Part shown: positions 16,175-26,303 of the stretch, piece by piece
Layout of the letters: every line of letters starts with the position of its first letter
Position numbering within the stretch: position 1 is the first letter of the stretch
Source of the DNA: a virus
Virus record (IMG/VR): IMGVR_UViG_3300030380_004057
Location: 12,965 to 76,964 of that record
Strand: one strand, 5' to 3'
DNA length: 64,000 nt
Made by a program: the position numbers and the translations under genes
Notes under the pieces: model-generated
Seen by the model: only the letters and a program-made list of their open reading frames with translations
What the model was told of the DNA's origin: nothing
Database searches by the model: none

Positions 16175-19100
16175 ATGGCTAAACAAACTATTAATATAGG
16201 TACAAGCGCTAATGATGGAACTGGCTCTACGCTCAGGGAAGCATTTGATATTTGTAACGATAACTTCACAGAAATTTACGGTGGTACAACATCAGCCTTA
16301 GGATTTAAATCTGAGGGAACTAACTTCACAGGATCACTTTTAATCGGTCACAGTACAACTGGTGTAATTTCATCTGCAGAACAAAATACTGGTGTAGGTA
16401 TAGAAGCATTAGACTCTTTAACAACTGGTGACGCTAACGTAGCTATTGGTTATCAAGCTGGTACATCTATTTCAACAGGTCTTAGAAACGTATTAGTAGG
16501 TACAGGAGCTGGAGATACTTTAAATGTAGGTAGCTATAATGTAGCTGTAGGTGCTTTTGCTTTAAGCTCAGAGGACGGTAATGGAAGAAATATAGCTATT
16601 GGTTACGCTGCTTTAAATCAACAAAATGCTGGCGCTGAAGCTTATAATGTTGCTGTAGGTTTTGAAGCTGGTAAATCAGTTTCAACAGGTACAAATAATG
16701 TTATAATAGGTGGACTTGCGGGAGACTCTTTAACTACATCAGGTGCTAATGTTGCAGTTGGATATCAAGCTTTAAGTTTTGAAGACACGACAGGTGGTGT
16801 AACAGCAATAGGTTATCAAGCGTTAAAAACTCAAAACACTTCAAGTACATCTTACAATGTAGCTGTAGGATATCAAGCTGGTAAAGAAGTTACAACAGGA
16901 ACTCACAACACATTAATAGGAGGTTTAGCAGGTGATAGTATTACTACTGGTGCTGATAACGTAGCAGTTGGATATAATGCTTTAAGTTCAATAGACTCTG
17001 GCGCTAGAAACATAGCTATTGGTTACGAAAGCTTAAAATCTCAAAACGTTGGTGGTATCGCGTATAACGTAGCTGTGGGTCATAAGTCTGGAACAAATAT
17101 TACAACAGGTACATTAAACACTATTGTTGGTGGATTAGCTGGTGATGCTTTAACAGAAGGGGCTGGAAATGTTGCTGTTGGCTACCAAGCTTTGTCAAGT
17201 GAAGATGGGCACGGTACTAACGTTGCAATAGGACATAATTCTTTAGCAACACTAAACGCTGGCGCGGACGCTTATAATATTGCTGTTGGGTATAACTCAG
17301 GTATGGGTATGACAACAGGTACACAAAATACTATTATAGGTGGTTTAGCTGGCGACGCATTAACTAGTGGAGCTAATAATGTAGCTGTTGGTTATCTTGC
17401 TTTATCAACTGAAGATACTAACGGACACAATGTTGCGATAGGTAGAAAAGCTTTACAAAATTTAGATGCAGGTGTAGACGCATACAATACAGCTGTTGGT
17501 TCAAGCGCTGGTGTATCAGTTACAACAGGTACATTAAACACTATTATGGGTGGATTAGCAGGTAGTGCGTTGACTACTGGTGAAAAAAATGTAGCAATAG
17601 GTTATAACGCTTTAACCACAGAAGATACAGGTGATAGAAGTGTTGCAATAGGACATGGTGCGTTAAGATATCAAAACAACGATGCTAGTAATTATAATAC
17701 AGCAGTAGGTTATGATGCTGGAACAAATGTTACAACAGGTAAACAAAACACTATTGTAGGTGGACTCGCAGGAGACGCATTAACAACAGGCCAATTTAAT
17801 GTTGCCTTAGGTTACTCGGCTTTATCTTCTGAAGATTCTTATGGTAAAACTGTAGCTATTGGTTATCTTGCTTTAGCAACTCAAAATGCAAGCACTGATA
17901 CTTTCAATATTGCTGTAGGTATGGAAGCTGGTAAATTTGTTACAACAGGTACTAACAACACAATAGTTGGAGGTTTAGCTGGTGACGCACTTACAACAGG
18001 TTCGTTTAACACAGTATTTGGTTTTGGAGCTTTAGGTAGTGAGGATGCTCACGGTAGAAATGTTGCTGTAGGTTATCTTGCGTTGACAGCCCAAAATGCT
18101 GGAGCAGACGCCTATAATGTGGCTGTTGGTTTTAGCGCAGGCGCAGCTGTTACAACAGGTACACAAAATATAATTATAGGTGGTCTTGCAGGAGATGCTT
18201 TAACTACTAGCGCTGGTAACGTAGCTATAGGTTATCAATCTTTAAGTGCTCAGGAAACACACGGTACGAACACAGCAATTGGATATAGAACTTTAAAAAA
18301 TCAAAACGCCAGTTCATTCCCTTATAATGTTGCGGTAGGTTATGATGCTGGTTTGTCTGTTACAACAGGTGTTCAAAATACAATACTAGGAGGTTTAGCA
18401 GGTGATGCTTTAACTTCTGGCTCTTTTAATGTTGCTTTAGGATACGCTGCTTTATCCGCTGAAGATACAGGTAATAAAAACATAGCTATAGGTTTTCAAG
18501 CTTTAGTAAATCAAAATATTGATGGAGATATATACAACATTGCTATAGGACATAATGCAGGCGCAGCTGTTACAACAGGTATACAAAATACATTAATCGG
18601 TGGTTTAGCAGGGGATGCTTTAACTACAGGATCTGCTAACGTAGCTTTAGGTTACGCTGCTTTAAGCGGTGAAGATGGACACGGTGGTAATATTGCTATA
18701 GGATATAGAGCTTTAGTTGTTCAAAACGCTGGTGCTGATAAATATAATGTAGCTATTGGTTATCAAGCTGGTCATACGATGACGACAGGTGGGCCAAATG
18801 TTGTTATTGGAGGTTTTGCTGGAGACGCATTAACAATAGGTAGAGATTCTGTAGCAATAGGTTATGAAGCTTTATCTGCAGAAGACGAAGGTAGCTTTAA
18901 TACAGCTATAGGTTTTAGAGCTTTAAAAACACAAAATGCGGGTGCAGATGCTTATAATGTTGCGGTAGGATATAATGCTGGTGTTGCTGTTACAACAGGT
19001 ATTAATAATACATTAATAGGTGGTGAAGCTGGTGACGCGTTAACAACAGGAAGTCAAAACGTAGCTATAGGTAAGAGCGCACTTGGAAATGAAGATGGTG

Positions 19101-20779
19101 GTAGTGGTAATGTAGCTATTGGTCATCAAGCTTTAACAACTTTAAATGCTGGTTCAGATGCTTACAACGTAGCTATAGGTAGAAGCGCGTTAGCAGCTGC
19201 TACAACAGGAGTAAGAAACATAGGTATCGGTGGTTTTGCTGCAGACACAATGACTACAGGTTCTGACAATATTGCTATTGGTCACGCTGCTCTAACTACA
19301 GAAGATGCTCACGGTAAAAATATAGCTATTGGTAGTTTTACATTAGAAGATCAAGACGCAGGCGCAGATGCTTATAATGTAGCTATAGGCCATGGCGCAG
19401 GTAAAGAAATTACAACAGGTGTTCTAAATACTATAATAGGAGGTCTTGCAGGTGACGCATTAACTACAGGTGGAGCCAACACTGTTATAGGTTATCAAGC
19501 TTTGTCTAGTGAAGATGGTCATGGTAAAAATGTAGCTATTGGTTATCAATCTTTACTTTCACAAAACGCTGGTGCAGATGCTTATAACGTTGCAATAGGC
19601 TTTACTGCTGGTTTATCTATTACAACAGGTTTATATAACACTGTTTTAGGTGGTTTAGCATTAGATGGCTTGACTACTGGTGCTGAAAATGTAGCATTAG
19701 GTTATCAAGCTTTAACATCAGCTAATAGTAATGAATCAAGAAACGTAGCTGTTGGTTCATACGCGTTACAGCAATTAGATAATGGATCTACTGGTAATAC
19801 ATATAACACTGCTGTTGGTTATTCAGCTGGTTTATTAATGACATCAGGTATTAGAAATACAATAATAGGTGGTTTAGCTGGCGATGCGCTTACAACAGGA
19901 AGTCAAAACGTAGCTATAGGTTATCAATCTTTATCTACTGAAGACGCGCACGGTAAAAATGTAGCTATTGGTTATCAATCTTTACTTGCACAAGACGCAG
20001 GCGCAGATGCTTATAATGTAGCAGTAGGTTATCAAGCAGGAAAATCAGTTACAACAGGTGTTTCAAATACTATATTAGGTGGTCAAGCAGGTGATGCACT
20101 AACTACAGGTAGTTATAGTGTTGCTGTTGGGCATCTTGCTTTAGGTGCTGAAGACACAGAAAGTGCAAATGTTGCTATGGGTTATAAAGCTCTTTTTGTT
20201 CAAAATGGTGGTAACAATAATACATCTATTGGTTATCAATCAGGTATGGCTATAAGCACAGGAGATCAAAATACTATTTTAGGTGCAATAGCTGGAGACG
20301 CATTAACCACAGGATCAGCTAATACAATTATAGGTTATAATGCTTCTGCTGGATCTGTTAGTGAAGGTAATTCAACGGTTATAGGTTCTGGCGCAGCTGG
20401 TAATGGTAGTAATACAGTTACATTAGGTAATGGATCTATAAGTGGTTTACATTGTCAAGTAAGTAGTATATCTGCTTTATCAGATAAAAGAGATAAAACA
20501 AATATTGAAGACTCTGAATATGGTTTAAATATAATAGAAGATTTAAAACCTGTAACATTTGAGTGGGATCAAAGAGATGGTAATAGAAAAGGTTTAAAAG
20601 ATGTAGGATTTATTGCTCAAGATTTGCAAGAATTAGATGACGACTATATAAGATTAGTTGAATCTAGTAATCCAGAAAAACTACAAGCAACGTATGGTAG
20701 GTTGATACCAATTATGGCAAAAGCAATACAAGAATTAAGTGCAGAAGTAAAAGAATTAAAAAAACAAATAAATGGCTAA
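16175..20779 (+). CDS. long tail fibre with 70-aa repeats and C-terminal peptidase S74 chaperone
   Basis: 1534 aa; 210-nt periodicity; SDKRDKTNI...GFIAQD...AIQEL; N-terminal MAKQTINIGTSANDGTG module. Confidence 0.9.
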   Translation: MAKQTINIGTSANDGTGSTLREAFDICNDNFTEIYGGTTSALGFKSEGTNFTGSLLIGHSTTGVISSAEQNTGVGIEALDSLTTGDANVAIGYQAGTSISTGLRNVLVGTGAGDTLNVGSYNVAVGAFALSSEDGNGRNIAIGYAALNQQNAGAEAYNVAVGFEAGKSVSTGTNNVIIGGLAGDSLTTSGANVAVGYQALSFEDTTGGVTAIGYQALKTQNTSSTSYNVAVGYQAGKEVTTGTHNTLIGGLAGDSITTGADNVAVGYNALSSIDSGARNIAIGYESLKSQNVGGIAYNVAVGHKSGTNITTGTLNTIVGGLAGDALTEGAGNVAVGYQALSSEDGHGTNVAIGHNSLATLNAGADAYNIAVGYNSGMGMTTGTQNTIIGGLAGDALTSGANNVAVGYLALSTEDTNGHNVAIGRKALQNLDAGVDAYNTAVGSSAGVSVTTGTLNTIMGGLAGSALTTGEKNVAIGYNALTTEDTGDRSVAIGHGALRYQNNDASNYNTAVGYDAGTNVTTGKQNTIVGGLAGDALTTGQFNVALGYSALSSEDSYGKTVAIGYLALATQNASTDTFNIAVGMEAGKFVTTGTNNTIVGGLAGDALTTGSFNTVFGFGALGSEDAHGRNVAVGYLALTAQNAGADAYNVAVGFSAGAAVTTGTQNIIIGGLAGDALTTSAGNVAIGYQSLSAQETHGTNTAIGYRTLKNQNASSFPYNVAVGYDAGLSVTTGVQNTILGGLAGDALTSGSFNVALGYAALSAEDTGNKNIAIGFQALVNQNIDGDIYNIAIGHNAGAAVTTGIQNTLIGGLAGDALTTGSANVALGYAALSGEDGHGGNIAIGYRALVVQNAGADKYNVAIGYQAGHTMTTGGPNVVIGGFAGDALTIGRDSVAIGYEALSAEDEGSFNTAIGFRALKTQNAGADAYNVAVGYNAGVAVTTGINNTLIGGEAGDALTTGSQNVAIGKSALGNEDGGSGNVAIGHQALTTLNAGSDAYNVAIGRSALAAATTGVRNIGIGGFAADTMTTGSDNIAIGHAALTTEDAHGKNIAIGSFTLEDQDAGADAYNVAIGHGAGKEITTGVLNTIIGGLAGDALTTGGANTVIGYQALSSEDGHGKNVAIGYQSLLSQNAGADAYNVAIGFTAGLSITTGLYNTVLGGLALDGLTTGAENVALGYQALTSANSNESRNVAVGSYALQQLDNGSTGNTYNTAVGYSAGLLMTSGIRNTIIGGLAGDALTTGSQNVAIGYQSLSTEDAHGKNVAIGYQSLLAQDAGADAYNVAVGYQAGKSVTTGVSNTILGGQAGDALTTGSYSVAVGHLALGAEDTESANVAMGYKALFVQNGGNNNTSIGYQSGMAISTGDQNTILGAIAGDALTTGSANTIIGYNASAGSVSEGNSTVIGSGAAGNGSNTVTLGNGSISGLHCQVSSISALSDKRDKTNIEDSEYGLNIIEDLKPVTFEWDQRDGNRKGLKDVGFIAQDLQELDDDYIRLVESSNPEKLQATYGRLIPIMAKAIQELSAEVKELKKQING

Positions 20780-23700
20780 ACAAACTATTAATATAGGAAC
20801 CTCAGCTAACGACGGAACTGGATCCACGCTGAGAGCAGCATTCGATATAACAAACGATAATTTTACAGAGTTATATGACGGTAGTGGTGGTTTGTTACAT
20901 AAAATAGAAGGTACAAACTTTACAGGTTCATTACTTGTTGGGCATAGTACAACTGGTACGTTATCTTCTGCACAAAACAATACAGGTATAGGTATAGGTG
21001 CATTAGACGCTTTAACAAGTGGTGATAACAATGTTGCTGTAGGTAAATCTGCAGGTTCATCAATAACAACTGGTAGTTATAATGTACTTCTTGGTAGAAG
21101 CGCTGGTATTTCTTTATCAACAGGTGGTGAAAATATAGCTATAGGTTTTGCTGCTTTAAGTTTAGAAGATGGTAATGGTAAGAATATAGCTATTGGTACA
21201 AACGCGTTAGAAGATTTAAATGCAGGTGCTGACGCATATAATATTGCTATAGGACATGATGCTGGTAGAAATATATCAACCGGTGTACAAAATACTATCA
21301 TAGGTGGTCTCGCGGGTGATGCTTTAGCTACAGGTTCTGAAAATGTGGCTATAGGATATCTTGCGTTAAGCGCAGAAGATGGTCATGGAGCAAACGTTGC
21401 TGTAGGTCATTCAGCACTTAAAGTTTTAAATGCTGGAGCTTCTGGAGTAAACGCTGCATTTGGATATGGAGCTGGTATAGCTGTATCAACAGGTGTGCGA
21501 AACACTTTGTTAGGGTCTGAAGCAGCTGCAAGTTTAACAACTGGTAGTAATAATACAGTTATAGGTTATCAAGCAGCAGCATCTGCAGTAGATGTAGATA
21601 ATGAAATAACATTAGGTAATAGTAGTGTTGCTAACGTAAGAATACCATCTGACTCAACTTTAAAAATAGGTGCTAGTGGTGATTTACAATTAGAACACCT
21701 TAGTGGTAATTCATTTATTAAAAATACAGCTGTTGGTGATTTATATATTGAAAACCAAGTTGATGATGGAGATGTTATATTTAGATGTGATGATAGTTCT
21801 GGTGGTTTAGCTACATATTTTAAATTAGACGGCGCAAACCATGTTGTTTCAATAGCAAAGCCTTTTTTCTTTCAAGATAATGTAAAAATTTATATTGGTA
21901 ATTCTTTTGATCTAGAAATATACCATGACACTACAAATAGTATTATAAACAATAAAACAAATGATTTAATTATTCAGAATTCTGCTGATGATAAAGATGT
22001 TATATTTAGATCAGATGATGGTAGTGGTGGTTTAGCTACGTATTTTAAATTAGATGGTGCCACTTCAAAGACTATATTTGAAACAAGCACGAGGCATAAA
22101 GATAATGTAAAAGCTAACTTTGGTGATGGCGAAGATTTACAAATATATCACACTGGTACAGGTAGTATTATACAAAACTTAACAGGTAATCTAACAATAA
22201 CAGAAGATCAAAACGATGGTGATATTATATTTAGGTGTGATGACGGGTCTGGCGGCACGGCTGAATATTTTAGAGTTGATGGTAGTAGCCTTTTAAATAT
22301 ATTTTCAAAAGATATAAGACTTATGGATAGTGTTAGGTTGAATATGGGAGATCAAAACGACCTACATTTAAGGCATAACGGAACAAATGCTTTAGTTACA
22401 AATTCTACAGGAGATTTATTTATCACTAATGAAGCAGATGATAAGGATATAATATTTAGGTCTGATGATGGAAGTGGTGGAATAACTGAATACTTTAGAT
22501 TAGATGGTGGTAATGCAAGTGGTGGAGTTGTAACCACGCTTTTTCCAGACAACAGCAAAGTTGTTGTAGGTAACGATTCGGATGCAAGATTTTGGCATAA
22601 TGGAACAAACTCATTCATACAAAACATAACAGGTGATTTAGAAATACAAAACTATGCAAATGATTCAGACATAGTATTTCAATCTGATGATGGTAGTGGT
22701 GGAATAACTGAATACTTTAGAGTTGATGGTGGTCAAGAAGTAAATGTTTTTTCTAAAAATATAAAACTAGAAGACAATATTAAAGCTATATTCGGTGGGG
22801 GTAATGATTTACAAATAGCACACGATGGTTTTGATAGCTATATAAATAATTTTACAGGAGATTTAAACATAGTTAATTTAGCCGATGACAAAGACATTAT
22901 TTTTAAATCAGATGACGGTTCTGGTGGAACAGAAACTTATTTCTTTTTAGATGGCTCGTTATCAAGTGGAAACCCAATTACAGTTTTTCCTGATAATAGT
23001 AAATTAATTTTTGGTAGTGATACAGATTTAAGGTTATTTCATAGTGGTAGTGAAGCTAAAATAGAAAATTATACAGGTAATTTAACTATACAACAAAATG
23101 CTGATGATGGTGATATAGTATTTGAATCAGATAATGGTTCTGGTGGAACTGCTGAATATTTTAGAGTTGATGGTAGTGCTACAAATGTTGTATTTAGTAA
23201 AGATTTACTAGTAAACACAACAGGTGGTTATTTTGAAGTAGATGTTTCAGATAATTCTCTAAAACACGCAGACAATACAAAAGCAAAGTATGGAACAGGT
23301 AATGATTTACAAATATATCACGATGGTAGTAATTCTTATATTAATAATTTTGCTGGTGAGTTAAATATATGGCAAAATGCTGATGACAAGGATATAGTAT
23401 TTGCCTCTGATAATGGAAGTGGAGGTGTTGCTGAATACTTAAGATTAGATGGAAGTGCAACACAAATAAAAATAGAAAAAGAAACTGTATTTGCTGATAA
23501 TATAAAAGCTGATTTTGGTGCAGGTGCTGATTTGCAAATCTACCACAACGGTACTAATAGTGTTATTGATAACATAACAGGCGATTTGTTTATTAGACAA
23601 TTTACTGATGATGGAGATATTAGGTTTCAAAGTGATGATGGATCAGGTGGAACAACTGAATACTTAAGATTAGATGGTGGAGTAGAACAAACTGTTTTTG

Positions 23701-24053
23701 AAAAAGCAGCTAGGTTTAATGATAATGTCAAAGGTAGGTTTGGTTCTAGTGGTGACTTAGAAATCTATCACGATGGCACAGATAGCTTTATTGATGATGC
23801 AGGTACAGGTGATTTAAGAATTAGAAGTAATTTCTTAAAAATTGAAAAGTACACAGGTGAAACAATGGCAACTTTTAATGACGATAATGCTGTTTCATTA
23901 TATTTCAATAATTCTAAAAAGCTTGAAACAACAAGCTCGGGTATAAATATTCAAAGTGTGCCAGAACACGCTGATAACTCAGCAGCTAGTTCAGCTGGTT
24001 TAGCTGTAGGTGATGTTTATAGAACTGGAGATCTTCTTAAAATAAGACATTAG
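20772..24053 (+). CDS. tail fibre protein, hybrid repeat type
   Basis: 1093 aa; same N-terminal module as previous gene, then SDDGSGG/DLQIYH repeats. Confidence 0.85.
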   Translation: MAKQTINIGTSANDGTGSTLRAAFDITNDNFTELYDGSGGLLHKIEGTNFTGSLLVGHSTTGTLSSAQNNTGIGIGALDALTSGDNNVAVGKSAGSSITTGSYNVLLGRSAGISLSTGGENIAIGFAALSLEDGNGKNIAIGTNALEDLNAGADAYNIAIGHDAGRNISTGVQNTIIGGLAGDALATGSENVAIGYLALSAEDGHGANVAVGHSALKVLNAGASGVNAAFGYGAGIAVSTGVRNTLLGSEAAASLTTGSNNTVIGYQAAASAVDVDNEITLGNSSVANVRIPSDSTLKIGASGDLQLEHLSGNSFIKNTAVGDLYIENQVDDGDVIFRCDDSSGGLATYFKLDGANHVVSIAKPFFFQDNVKIYIGNSFDLEIYHDTTNSIINNKTNDLIIQNSADDKDVIFRSDDGSGGLATYFKLDGATSKTIFETSTRHKDNVKANFGDGEDLQIYHTGTGSIIQNLTGNLTITEDQNDGDIIFRCDDGSGGTAEYFRVDGSSLLNIFSKDIRLMDSVRLNMGDQNDLHLRHNGTNALVTNSTGDLFITNEADDKDIIFRSDDGSGGITEYFRLDGGNASGGVVTTLFPDNSKVVVGNDSDARFWHNGTNSFIQNITGDLEIQNYANDSDIVFQSDDGSGGITEYFRVDGGQEVNVFSKNIKLEDNIKAIFGGGNDLQIAHDGFDSYINNFTGDLNIVNLADDKDIIFKSDDGSGGTETYFFLDGSLSSGNPITVFPDNSKLIFGSDTDLRLFHSGSEAKIENYTGNLTIQQNADDGDIVFESDNGSGGTAEYFRVDGSATNVVFSKDLLVNTTGGYFEVDVSDNSLKHADNTKAKYGTGNDLQIYHDGSNSYINNFAGELNIWQNADDKDIVFASDNGSGGVAEYLRLDGSATQIKIEKETVFADNIKADFGAGADLQIYHNGTNSVIDNITGDLFIRQFTDDGDIRFQSDDGSGGTTEYLRLDGGVEQTVFEKAARFNDNVKGRFGSSGDLEIYHDGTDSFIDDAGTGDLRIRSNFLKIEKYTGETMATFNDDNAVSLYFNNSKKLETTSSGINIQSVPEHADNSAASSAGLAVGDVYRTGDLLKIRH

Positions 24054-24119
24054 AGTAAAAACGCTAGAAAACAAGTAAATATATATAAGTAATTAATAAT
24101 CAATAAATAAAATTAAATT

Positions 24120-24353
24120 ATGAGTGAAGAAACATGGAGTGCTGAAGAATTAGCACAACAAAAATTAGCTACTATGGATTCTGTAGCAATCGTTGAAAAA
24201 GTTAGAGCTGTTGAAGAAGCAGATAGAACTGACGATGAAAAAGATCAGTTAGCTAGAAACGAAAGACATATACAGCTTAAAATGGCTATTACACAATTTG
24301 TATCTGGCTTATCAGTAGATGAAAAAGCTAAAATAGACGCTTTAAAATTATAA
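24120..24353 (+). CDS. hypothetical protein
   Basis: 77 aa helical ORF after fibres. Confidence 0.65.
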   Translation: MSEETWSAEELAQQKLATMDSVAIVEKVRAVEEADRTDDEKDQLARNERHIQLKMAITQFVSGLSVDEKAKIDALKL

Positions 24354-24354
24354 T

Positions 24355-24516
24355 ATGAAAAAGTTTTTTTTAGAAGTAAAAAGAAGATTTAAGCTTGTTT
24401 TAGTAGAGCTTAAAGATGTTTTCGTAGCAACTAAAGAAGTCGGTAATCAAATCGGTGATATTAGCGGTGCTGTAAAAGGTAAAAAAAGAAAAGGCAGAAA
24501 AAATGTCAAAAAATAA
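24355..24516 (+). CDS. small basic protein (53 aa)
   Basis: Manual ORF MKKFFLEVKRRFKLV...KGKKRKGRKNVKK. Confidence 0.55.
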   Translation: MKKFFLEVKRRFKLVLVELKDVFVATKEVGNQIGDISGAVKGKKRKGRKNVKK

Positions 24517-24964
24517 AAAGAAGTTTTCAGAAACTAAAGTTGGTGCTTTTTTAAGTAAAGCAGCTCCAGGTATATTAGGTACTGTTGGTGATGTACTGCC
24601 AGACAGCGGCGTGTTTGGTGTTGTAAAAAACTTAATACAAAAAGAACCATCTTTACCAGCTGAAGATAAAGAAAAAGCAATGAAGCTATTAGATATGGAT
24701 ATAGTTGAAATGCAAGAAGTATCAAAGCGTTGGGAAAGCGATATGAAGTCAGATAGCTGGCTTAGTAAAAACACTCGTCCAATGTCTTTAATATTTCTAA
24801 CTATATCTATGATTTTGTTAATATTATTAGACAGCTTTAAGTGGAGCTTTAGTGTTTCGCCTGGTTGGGTTGATTTATTACAAACATTATTAGTAACAGT
24901 ATACGTAGCTTATTTTGGTTCGCGTGGTGCTGAAAAATTTCAAACAATTAAAAATAAAAATTAA
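24503..24964 (+). CDS. putative holin (GTA 3TM holin-like)
   Basis: 153 aa; RWESDMKSDSWLSKNTRP followed by two TM segments and YFGSRG.EK. Confidence 0.7.
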   Translation: MSKNKKKFSETKVGAFLSKAAPGILGTVGDVLPDSGVFGVVKNLIQKEPSLPAEDKEKAMKLLDMDIVEMQEVSKRWESDMKSDSWLSKNTRPMSLIFLTISMILLILLDSFKWSFSVSPGWVDLLQTLLVTVYVAYFGSRGAEKFQTIKNKN

Positions 24965-24972
24965 ATACAATT

Positions 24973-25236
24973 ATGAGTAAAGAATTAAAAATTACAGAAG
25001 AACAATTAAAAAAAGTTCAAGCGCAAGTAAAAGTTAGAGGACAATTAGTTAATGACATTGGCGCTGTAGAAGCTCAAAAACACGAGCTACTTCATGCTTT
25101 AAATAACGTTATGCAGAAAACAAAAGAAACTGCTGACGAGCTAGAAAAAGAGTACGGTAAGATTAACGTTAATCTTGAAGATGGTACTTACGAAGTTGTT
25201 GAAGAAGAAAAAGAAGAAGTAAAAGAAGAAAAATAA
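24973..25236 (+). CDS. hypothetical coiled-coil protein
   Basis: 87 aa; LEKEYGKINVNLEDG. Confidence 0.7.
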   Translation: MSKELKITEEQLKKVQAQVKVRGQLVNDIGAVEAQKHELLHALNNVMQKTKETADELEKEYGKINVNLEDGTYEVVEEEKEEVKEEK

Positions 25237-25247
25237 ATATAATTCCT

Positions 25248-25475
25248 ATGGCTAAGTTAATTAGAAAAATAAGCATAGGAACTGACTATAAAAACGAAGC
25301 AATGCACTACTCTGTAGGTCAACAGGTCTACGGAGGACATTGCATATGTGATATATTATTTGACAACAAAGATAATTCATATAATATATTTATAAAAAAA
25401 GAAGACGAAGTTATACCGTGGAAGAAGTTTAATTCTAACATGGCTATATCAATTGAATACAATTTAGAGTATTAA
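25248..25475 (+). CDS. conserved hypothetical protein
   Basis: 75 aa; IRKISIG.DYK..AMHY. Confidence 0.7.
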   Translation: MAKLIRKISIGTDYKNEAMHYSVGQQVYGGHCICDILFDNKDNSYNIFIKKEDEVIPWKKFNSNMAISIEYNLEY

Positions 25476-26095
25476 TGCAAAGTTTATTTAATTTTATAGT
25501 ACAACCAAAAAATAAAAGATACGAAAACGAAGTTGATATTAATGGTAGCAAGCTTATTATTAATACAACTATGGACGATCATAAATACGTAAGTAGAATA
25601 GGTGTTATTAAATCAGTACCTAAAGTTGGTGATACAAATATTAAGGTTGGTGATGAAGTTATAGTACATCACAATGTATTTAGAAGATTTTATAATATGA
25701 AAGGCGAAGAAAAAAACAGCTCATCATATTTTAAAGAAGATTTATATTTTTGTTATTATGATCAAATATTTTTATACAAACAAGATAATGAGTGGAAAGC
25801 TCCTTTTGAGTTTTGTTTTGTAAAACCTATTGAAAATAAAAAACAATTTGTAACAGTTCAAAAAGAACGTCCTCGTGTTGGTATACTAAAATATGGTAAT
25901 AGTTCCTTAGATGCTCTTAAAGTGCACGAGGGAAGCCTTGTAGGGTTTAGCCCTAGCAGCGAGTATGAATTTATTATAGAAAATAACAGATTATACCGTA
26001 TGCGAACTAATGATATTACAATTAAATATGAATACAAAGGAGACGAAGTTGAATATAATCCAAGCTGGGCAAGTGGCTGTGGACGAACTTATTAA
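25475..26095 (+). CDS. GroES-like double-domain protein
   Basis: 206 aa; FIVQP...GVIKSVP...IKVGDEVIV and second FVKP...G.LKY...RM..NDI unit. Confidence 0.55.
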   Translation: MQSLFNFIVQPKNKRYENEVDINGSKLIINTTMDDHKYVSRIGVIKSVPKVGDTNIKVGDEVIVHHNVFRRFYNMKGEEKNSSSYFKEDLYFCYYDQIFLYKQDNEWKAPFEFCFVKPIENKKQFVTVQKERPRVGILKYGNSSLDALKVHEGSLVGFSPSSEYEFIIENNRLYRMRTNDITIKYEYKGDEVEYNPSWASGCGRTY

Positions 26096-26303
26096 AGTTG
26101 CTAAAGAACCTATTGTAGACTCAGAAGATGATATAAGTGCTGACAGATTAAAAAATGCTGCGGCTACAAAAAAGCTAGCAATATTTGATGCTTTTGAAAT
26201 ACTTAAACGTATACAAGAAGAAAAGGATATGCTAGAAGACAGGCCTAAAAAAGAAACAAAAGAAAAAACTTTTAAAGGTTTTGCTGAAAGGAGGTCTAAA
26301 TGA
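26010..26303 (+). CDS. terminase small subunit (putative; start probably 26028)
   Basis: Helical 90-97 aa ORF directly upstream of and coupled to TerL. Confidence 0.6.
   Translation: MILQLNMNTKETKLNIIQAGQVAVDELIKVAKEPIVDSEDDISADRLKNAAATKKLAIFDAFEILKRIQEEKDMLEDRPKKETKEKTFKGFAERRSK

Noticed and set aside
5404-23630. Antisense ORFs over fibre and groEL genes (6171, 7427, 13773, 14265, 22352 and others)
   Set aside because: Shadow frames of G/A/T/N-rich or well supported genes on the other strand; no independent signals
5167-24053. Diversity-generating retroelement or invertase-driven fibre switching
   Set aside because: No reverse transcriptase or recombinase gene seen, all fibres co-oriented, no adenine-specific repeat pair noticed
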